A DNA stretch of 32,000 nt from Nitrososphaerota archaeon (lineage in GTDB: Archaea > Thermoproteota > Nitrososphaeria > Nitrososphaerales > UBA57), in contig JACAFS010000003.1 of NCBI GenBank assembly GCA_013378385.1, positions 1 through 32,000 on the forward strand, read 5' to 3'. The translations under genes and the position numbers were made by a program. The notes under the pieces were generated by a model. That model had not been told where the DNA came from, did not search any database, and saw nothing but the letters and a program-made list of their open reading frames with translations. This document shows positions 26,685 to 32,000 of this stretch, in pieces (position 1 is the first letter of the stretch; each line of letters opens with the position of its first letter).

Positions 26685-28457
26685 ATGAATTCTAAATTTA
26701 GACAACCAATTGTTGTAGTATTGGGTCACATTGATTCTGGTAAAACTTCACTTTTAGATAAAATTCGTGGAACAGCTGTTCAATCTCGTGAAGCAGGAGG
26801 TATTACTCAACATATTGGCGCAAGTTTCTTTCCTATTGAAACTCTAGAACAACTTTGCGGTAATCTTCTCCAAAAAGTAGGTGGAAAAATTGATATTCCT
26901 GGCATACTTGTTATCGACACACCTGGACACGCTGTGTTTACTAATCTTAGAAATCGTGGAGGTTCTGCTTCAGACATCTCTATTCTTGTAATTGACGCTA
27001 TGAAAGGTATTGAAGTACAAACGCGTGAAAGTCTTGACATACTCAGGAAACGTAAGGTTCCTTTTCTCATAGCACTTAACAAACTTGATACCGTACCTGG
27101 ATGGAGACCTTCTTCAAGTTTAACTTCATCCTTAAAACAATTAGACGAAACTACTCAAAATAATCTTGATGGAAGAATATACAACGTAGTTGGCGAACTA
27201 TCGAGATATGGAATACAATCTGAAGCATTTTATAGATTACAAGATCCACAAAAACAAGTTGCAATAGTTCCTGTTAGTGCGAAAACAGGAGAAGGAATAC
27301 CCGAATTAATCTCATTATTGATTGGCCTAACTCAAAGTTACTTAAAACAAAAACTTACTGTTAGTGATGATACTCGAGGAATAGTTCTCGAAGTTACTGA
27401 AGAACCTGGTTTAGGAGATACTGCTAATATTATTCTCACTGATGGAGTATTAAATAAACACGACGAAATCGCAGTAGCAAAAAAAGACGGAGCCGTTACT
27501 ACAAAAATTAAAGCGATATTTATGCCAAAACCGTTAGATGAAATGCGAGATCCACGCGATAAATTCACTCCTGTTGATCAAGTAGTGGCCGCTTCTGGTG
27601 TAAAAATTTCTACTTCTGATCTAGATGGAGTTCTTGGAGGTTCACCGATAATTGGCATTACTGATGGTAATATTGATTCAGTAAAAAATGAAATCGAATC
27701 CGAGATTAAAGCAATTTTTGTTGAAACTGATAGTGTTGGTATTATTGTAAAAGCTGACACTCTTGGTTCCCTTGAAGCTGTTGTAGATACTCTAAAAGAA
27801 AATGATATATCAATTAGTACTGCTGATACAGGAATGGTTTCCAGAAAGGATGTAGTTAAGGCTCAAGTAATTACTGAAACCAATAAATATTTAGGAAGTA
27901 TTCTTGCCTTTGGTGTTAAAGTTCTTGATGATGCTAAAGACGAAGCAAATAAAAATGGAATAAGAATATTTTCACAACCTGTCCTTTATGATTTAGTCGA
28001 TGAATATAGGGATTGGGTAACTTCTGATAAGGAAAACATGCAAAAAACTGAACTCGATTCGATAATGATGCCCTGTAAATTTCAACTAATAAAAGGAATG
28101 GTCTTTCGAAGAAACGGTCCTGCCGTATGCGGTGTAGAAATTCTTGGCGGTTCCTTAAAACAAAAATCTATTATAATAAATTCTACAGGTAAAGAAGTCG
28201 GCGTTATTAAACAAATTGAAGATAATGGCGAAAATATTAAACAAGCAGCTAAAGGCAGTGAAGTCGCTGTCTCAATGAACGAACCTGTTATTGGACGTAC
28301 TATTCGTGAAGGCGAAATTTTATATTCTTTGCCTAATGACATAGGCGTCAGATTATTAAAAGAGCGATATCATGATTCATTATCTGACGAAGAATCTAAT
28401 ATTTTAGACGAAATTATTACCTTACGACGTAAAGTTGTACCTTTGTATGGATTTTAA
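26685..28457 (+). CDS. infB: translation initiation factor aIF5B (IF-2 family GTPase)
   Basis: 'RQPIVVVLGHIDSGKTSLLD', 'DTPGH' and 'ALNKLD' are the G motifs, and the length is about 590 aa. ATG 26685 is preferred over TTG 26679. No intein-like insertion is evident. Confidence 0.94.
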   Translation: MNSKFRQPIVVVLGHIDSGKTSLLDKIRGTAVQSREAGGITQHIGASFFPIETLEQLCGNLLQKVGGKIDIPGILVIDTPGHAVFTNLRNRGGSASDISILVIDAMKGIEVQTRESLDILRKRKVPFLIALNKLDTVPGWRPSSSLTSSLKQLDETTQNNLDGRIYNVVGELSRYGIQSEAFYRLQDPQKQVAIVPVSAKTGEGIPELISLLIGLTQSYLKQKLTVSDDTRGIVLEVTEEPGLGDTANIILTDGVLNKHDEIAVAKKDGAVTTKIKAIFMPKPLDEMRDPRDKFTPVDQVVAASGVKISTSDLDGVLGGSPIIGITDGNIDSVKNEIESEIKAIFVETDSVGIIVKADTLGSLEAVVDTLKENDISISTADTGMVSRKDVVKAQVITETNKYLGSILAFGVKVLDDAKDEANKNGIRIFSQPVLYDLVDEYRDWVTSDKENMQKTELDSIMMPCKFQLIKGMVFRRNGPAVCGVEILGGSLKQKSIIINSTGKEVGVIKQIEDNGENIKQAAKGSEVAVSMNEPVIGRTIREGEILYSLPNDIGVRLLKERYHDSLSDEESNILDEIITLRRKVVPLYGF

Positions 28458-28505
28458 TATATTTCAAAAAGATTTATAGATATAAAAAAGAAGTGAAATG
28501 TTACT

Positions 28506-28925
28506 TTGGCAGAATTTAAAATTGTAGTTTCAGATCCCAAAACAGGAAAATCCATAACTAAGGAGATTAAAGATAAATCTGCCCAAACCTTGATGGGCAT
28601 GAAAATTGGTCAAGAAATAGATGCTACTATTGTAGATATTGATGGAACTCTCAAAATTAGCGGAGGAAGCGATAAAGTCGGATTTCCAATGCGAAGTGAC
28701 GTTCATGGGAGTGCTAGAAATAACATACTCTTAACATCAGGTGTTGGATTTCGCTCTAAAGTTAAAGGCATGCAAAAACGAAAAATTGTTCGTGGCAGTA
28801 TGATTTCTGATGAAACCTACCAAATTAATACAATTCTAGTTAAGGGTAATCTTGTTCTTGATAAGCCAGCTGAAGAAGCTAAGGCGGAAGAAAAGCCAGC
28901 TGAAGAAGCTAAGACCAAAGAATAA
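28506..28925 (+). CDS. rps6e: 30S ribosomal protein S6e with a short repeat-containing C-terminal tail
   Basis: 'FKIVVSDPKTGKS...ISGGSDKVGFPMR.DV.G' is typical of S6e. The tail is [24 protein letters not shown] start. Confidence 0.93.
   Translation: MAEFKIVVSDPKTGKSITKEIKDKSAQTLMGMKIGQEIDATIVDIDGTLKISGGSDKVGFPMRSDVHGSARNNILLTSGVGFRSKVKGMQKRKIVRGSMISDETYQINTILVKGNLVLDKPAEEAKAEEKPAEEAKTKE
28863..28913 (+). repeat. two copies (period 30 nt) of aagccagctgaagaagctaag in the rps6e 3' end
   Basis: Perfect 21-mers at 28863-28883 and 28893-28913. The 51-nt span differs from the rps4 repeat (coding strand) only by the same A/G substitution in each copy. Confidence 0.9.
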
Positions 28926-28960
28926 GATAATAATAAATTCAATTAATGCTGATTTATATT

Positions 28961-30187
28961 ATGCAAAAAATTCCTTGTCAACCTGAGATAAATATTGGTA
29001 CTGCAGGTCATGTAGATCATGGTAAAAGTACTATAGTTGATGCAATTACCGGTAAATGGACAAGTGCTCATAGCGAAGAACTTCGTCGAGGAATTACTAT
29101 TAAAGTAGGATATGCCGACGCCGGCTTTTATCAATGTAAATGTGAAGGACCTTATAATTATTCAACTCAAGAATCTTGTTCTAAATGTAAAACTAAAGGT
29201 AAATTACAACGTGTTATAAGTTTTGTAGATGTTCCTGGACATGAAAGTTTAATGGCCAACATGTTATCTGGCGCCGCTTTAATTGATGGAGCTATTCTAA
29301 TTATATCTGCTAATGAAGAAGTTCCAAAACCTCAAACGCGTGAACATCTTCTTGCGTTACAGATGCTTGGCACTAAACAAATTGTCATTGCCCAGAACAA
29401 AGTTGATTTGGTATCTACCAAAGAAGCACAAAATAACTATAAAAAAATTAAACAATTTGTCAAAGGCACTGTTGCTGAAAAAGCTCCGATTATTCCAATA
29501 TCTGCTCAGCATGGGCTCAATATTGACGCTTTAATCTCTGCAATAGAAAGTAATATCAAAACTCCTGAAAAAGATAAACAATCTTCTCCATCTCTCCAAG
29601 TCCTACGTTCTTTTGATATAAATCGCCCTGGCATATCATTAAATAAATTAGTTGGCGGTGTATTAGGAGGGTCACTATCTAAGGGAGTTTTTGAAGTAGG
29701 AGATGAAATTGAAATTCGACCTGGATTTCTTAATAAAAAATCTGATAAATATCAATCTCTCTTTAGCAAAATTTCTAGCTTAAGTAGCAGCGCTGGATTA
29801 ATGGATAAAGTTTATCCTAGTGGATTAGTTGCAATTGGAACGGATCTGGATCCATCTCTAACAAAAAGCGATTCTTTCGTTGGATCAGTTGTTGGACATC
29901 CAAATGAACTTCCTGAAACATATTATTCTATTAATGTCGATCTCGATCTCTTTGATTTTGCTATTGGATCAACTGATATGATAAAAGTAGAAAAATTAAA
30001 GCGAAATGAAGCATTACGAATAAACTCAGGTACTGCAGTTACTGCCGGAGTGGTTACTAATGTAAGTAATGACAATGCTACTATTGATTTACGACGTCCT
30101 ATTACCGCCGAACAAAAAAGTCGATTATCTATTAGTCGAAGACTTGGAGATCGTTGGCGTCTAATTGGAGCGGGGGTAATCTCTTAA
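28961..30187 (+). CDS. eif2g: translation initiation factor aIF2 gamma subunit
   Basis: 'QPEINIGTAGHVDHGKST', 'DVPGHE' and 'QNKVD' are the G motifs, with zinc-ribbon cysteines CKCE...CSKC. ATG 28961 is preferred. ATG 28946 is also in frame. Confidence 0.94.
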   Translation: MQKIPCQPEINIGTAGHVDHGKSTIVDAITGKWTSAHSEELRRGITIKVGYADAGFYQCKCEGPYNYSTQESCSKCKTKGKLQRVISFVDVPGHESLMANMLSGAALIDGAILIISANEEVPKPQTREHLLALQMLGTKQIVIAQNKVDLVSTKEAQNNYKKIKQFVKGTVAEKAPIIPISAQHGLNIDALISAIESNIKTPEKDKQSSPSLQVLRSFDINRPGISLNKLVGGVLGGSLSKGVFEVGDEIEIRPGFLNKKSDKYQSLFSKISSLSSSAGLMDKVYPSGLVAIGTDLDPSLTKSDSFVGSVVGHPNELPETYYSINVDLDLFDFAIGSTDMIKVEKLKRNEALRINSGTAVTAGVVTNVSNDNATIDLRRPITAEQKSRLSISRRLGDRWRLIGAGVIS

Positions 30188-30191
30188 CATC

Positions 30192-30590
30192 TTGAGAACT
30201 ATTGTCCTTGATACTAGTTTCTTAATTCATGTTGCTAATAATCCTCTACCTAGTTCTGATTACCTGTCAGATATCAAATCTTATAATTTAGTCACAATTG
30301 ACGACGTTGTTCAAGAATTATTTGGTCTCTCTCACGATCGAAAAAATTCCTCTAAAACTAAACGTTCAAAAGAAGCCAATCTTGCCCTTCAATATATTAA
30401 AGATATCCCAAAAGAAAAGATCGATGGCTCTGGCACAACCGATGATAAACTCCTTACTTATACGACTAGAAACCATGATATAATTGCAAGTTTAGACCGC
30501 GGCATACTCAATAAGGCCATTAGTCTCAATATAGATTCGGTCACTATTGAAAAACAACGCTTAATCTGGCGTATAAATTATAATCGCTGA
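30192..30590 (+). CDS. PIN-domain protein (Fcf1/COG1412-like, conserved neighbour of aIF2gamma)
   Basis: 132 aa. N-terminal 'IVLDTSFLI' carries the PIN acidic residue, with 'TDDKLL' and 'ASLDRGIL' later. It occupies the conserved position between aIF2gamma and Rpo7. TTG start. Confidence 0.8.
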   Translation: MRTIVLDTSFLIHVANNPLPSSDYLSDIKSYNLVTIDDVVQELFGLSHDRKNSSKTKRSKEANLALQYIKDIPKEKIDGSGTTDDKLLTYTTRNHDIIASLDRGILNKAISLNIDSVTIEKQRLIWRINYNR

Positions 30591-30659
30591 AATGATTCCC
30601 AAAAATCGAAAAATTCATATTGCTCCCTTTCGCGTTAACATTATTCTAGGTATATAGAT

Positions 30660-31241
30660 ATGTTTCAAATTATAGAAGCCGAAGACGTTGTACGTGTAGA
30701 ACCACTAGACTTTAGTGAATCCCTAAATAAAATGGCTGAAAAAATGCTAAAAATTAAATATGAAAGTACGCTTTCTCCTGAATTTGGATATATTGTACTC
30801 ATCATTAATGTTAAAGCCGATAAGGTCGGAAAAATACTTCCTAGTGATGGAGCTACTTATCATAGTGTTCATTTTAAAATTCTTACCTACCTGCCTAAAT
30901 TACAAGAAGTTGTTGAAGGTGAAGTTGTAGAAATTACTGATTTTGGTGCATTTATTCGAATTGGACCGACCGATGCATTATTACATTTGTCTCAAATTAC
31001 TGATGAATATCTTAACAGTGATGTCCGTCAGGGTTTGATTACTGCACAACAAAGCAGTCGTACAATTAGTGTTGGTACTCGAATGCGAGTTCGTGTAACT
31101 GCATTAAGTCTAGCTCGAGGTAGTTCTATGGGTAAAATCGGCGTTACTTGCAGACAACCATTTCTTGGTGCAACTGATTGGATTGAAGAAGATCTTAAAA
31201 AAACCTCAAAACCAGCTTCTAAGAAAAAGGAATCTGAATAA
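30660..31241 (+). CDS. rpoE: DNA-directed RNA polymerase subunit E' (Rpo7), S1 domain
   Basis: 193 aa. 'MFQIIEAEDVVRVEP' N-terminus and S1 motif 'GEVVEITDFGAFIRIGP.DALLHLSQI'. Confidence 0.93.
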   Translation: MFQIIEAEDVVRVEPLDFSESLNKMAEKMLKIKYESTLSPEFGYIVLIINVKADKVGKILPSDGATYHSVHFKILTYLPKLQEVVEGEVVEITDFGAFIRIGPTDALLHLSQITDEYLNSDVRQGLITAQQSSRTISVGTRMRVRVTALSLARGSSMGKIGVTCRQPFLGATDWIEEDLKKTSKPASKKKESE

Positions 31242-31243
31242 TA

Positions 31244-31438
31244 ATGGCTAAAGAACTAGCTTGCAGAAAATGTAAAATCATCATACCATCTTCAGGTCGT
31301 GTTTGTCCTAGTTGCGGTGGTACTGATTTAAGTACTGACTGGTCCGGTCTAATTGTATTATCTAATCCTGATAAATCTCAAGTTGCTAAACAATTGGATT
31401 TTACAAAACCAGGTCGATACGCTATTAAAGTATCTTAA
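31244..31438 (+). CDS. spt4: transcription elongation factor Spt4 (RpoE'')
   Basis: 64 aa zinc ribbon 'CRKCKII....GRVCPSCGG' followed by 'W.G.I.I..P..S.VAK'. It lies directly after rpoE. Confidence 0.9.
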   Translation: MAKELACRKCKIIIPSSGRVCPSCGGTDLSTDWSGLIVLSNPDKSQVAKQLDFTKPGRYAIKVS

Positions 31439-31470
31439 TTCTAATCTTCTAATAATACTTATGATGTAAA

Positions 31471-31998
31471 TTGGACGTAAAAAATCTCCCAAAAAAATAC
31501 CGAGATTTTCTTAAACGTCCTTTTGGCGAATTGATAAATTCCTCTAATCCTTCATTTCATGAAATAGATTCCATAATAAATAATTATTCATTCTTAATTA
31601 CTGTTGGAGACGCGTCATCTGAAAATATCTCTAAATTAGGAATTAAAGCTAATATACAAATTATTGATCTAATGGAACGTAGGCATAAACGTACTTTTCC
31701 TAAATTACATTGGACTGAAAAAAGATCCATTGATAATCCTCCAGGCACTCTGTCCACAGAATCGATTGTTCTAATACATGATTTAATCACACAAAATACC
31801 GATTCTCTTGTAGTTGTTAATGGAGAAGAAGACCTTCTTGCTTTACCATCGATCCTTTTTGCTCCGTTGAACGCGTATGTCCTCTATGGCCAACCAAATG
31901 AAGGTCTAGTTGTAGTCTCTGTTACTGAATCATTAAAAATCAAAGTTCAAGGTATATTAATAGAAATGGGTTTTAGTGAAAATATACTAAAGTATTAA
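31471..31998 (+). CDS. DUF359/COG1909 protein, GTP-dependent dephospho-CoA kinase family
   Basis: 175 aa. 'ITVGDASSENI', 'IQIIDLMERR', 'NPPGTLS' and 'VVNGEEDLLALP' match the archaeal DUF359 family. It occupies the conserved position after Spt4. TTG start. Confidence 0.82.
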   Translation: MDVKNLPKKYRDFLKRPFGELINSSNPSFHEIDSIINNYSFLITVGDASSENISKLGIKANIQIIDLMERRHKRTFPKLHWTEKRSIDNPPGTLSTESIVLIHDLITQNTDSLVVVNGEEDLLALPSILFAPLNAYVLYGQPNEGLVVVSVTESLKIKVQGILIEMGFSENILKY

Positions 31999-32000
31999 TA

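Noticed and set aside
1-32000. Search for CRISPR arrays, transposases/IS ends, integrases, toxin-antitoxin pairs, restriction-modification or other defence or accessory islands.
   Set aside because: None was seen. The only direct repeats are the in-frame 30-nt cassettes in rps4 and rps6e. The single PIN-domain gene is the conserved Fcf1-like neighbour of aIF2gamma and has no antitoxin partner. The window reads as core genome.

Overview
This is a visibly AT-rich, almost gap-free archaeal chromosome segment. I call 42 CDS and 1 tRNA, and nearly all are housekeeping genes.

Layout, left to right:
- **51-4636:** a same-strand string of TusA-like, DsrE-like, an orphan ORF, a 5-formyl-THF cyclo-ligase family gene, LarE and LarB. 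LarC is convergent. LarB, LarC and LarE make the nickel-pincer nucleotide cofactor.
- **4711-6870:** an intron-containing tRNA-Val(UAC), a small CDGSH Fe-S protein, and glmS.
- **6907-12583:** the conserved archaeal ribosomal/RNA polymerase cluster. S13-S4-S11 are on the minus strand, divergent from rpoD-L18e-L13-S9-rpoN-enolase-S2.
- **12651-19463:** a tightly coupled string of mevalonate kinase, isopentenyl phosphate kinase, type-2 IPP isomerase, GGPP synthase, GluRS and an alkaline-phosphatase-superfamily protein.
- **19460-25246:** a minus-strand trpEGDCBA operon with no trpF.
- **25439-31998:** the conserved L7Ae-S28e-L24e-NDK-aIF5B-S6e-aIF2gamma-PIN-Rpo7-Spt4-DUF359 (dephospho-CoA kinase) superoperon.

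The gene content is archaea-specific (ribosomal proteins, aIFs, Rpo subunits, IPK-type mevalonate pathway). Together with the low GC, this suggests a free-living archaeon, possibly Nitrososphaeria/Thaumarchaeota-like. That assignment is inference only.

I see no CRISPR array, transposase, integrase, toxin-antitoxin or defence island, and no large unexplained non-coding stretch. I therefore cannot support a clearly novel multi-gene system here.

The observations most worth a second look are:
- A sulfur-relay pair sits next to a three-cysteine LarE, with no LarA in the window.
- Near-identical 30-nt repeat cassettes encode charged C-terminal tails on two unlinked ribosomal protein genes (S4 and S6e).
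- The tRNA-Val carries a roughly 22-nt insertion in the D-loop, which is a non-canonical intron position.
- UUG start codons are unusually frequent.
- A short Trp-containing upstream ORF lies just before trpE.
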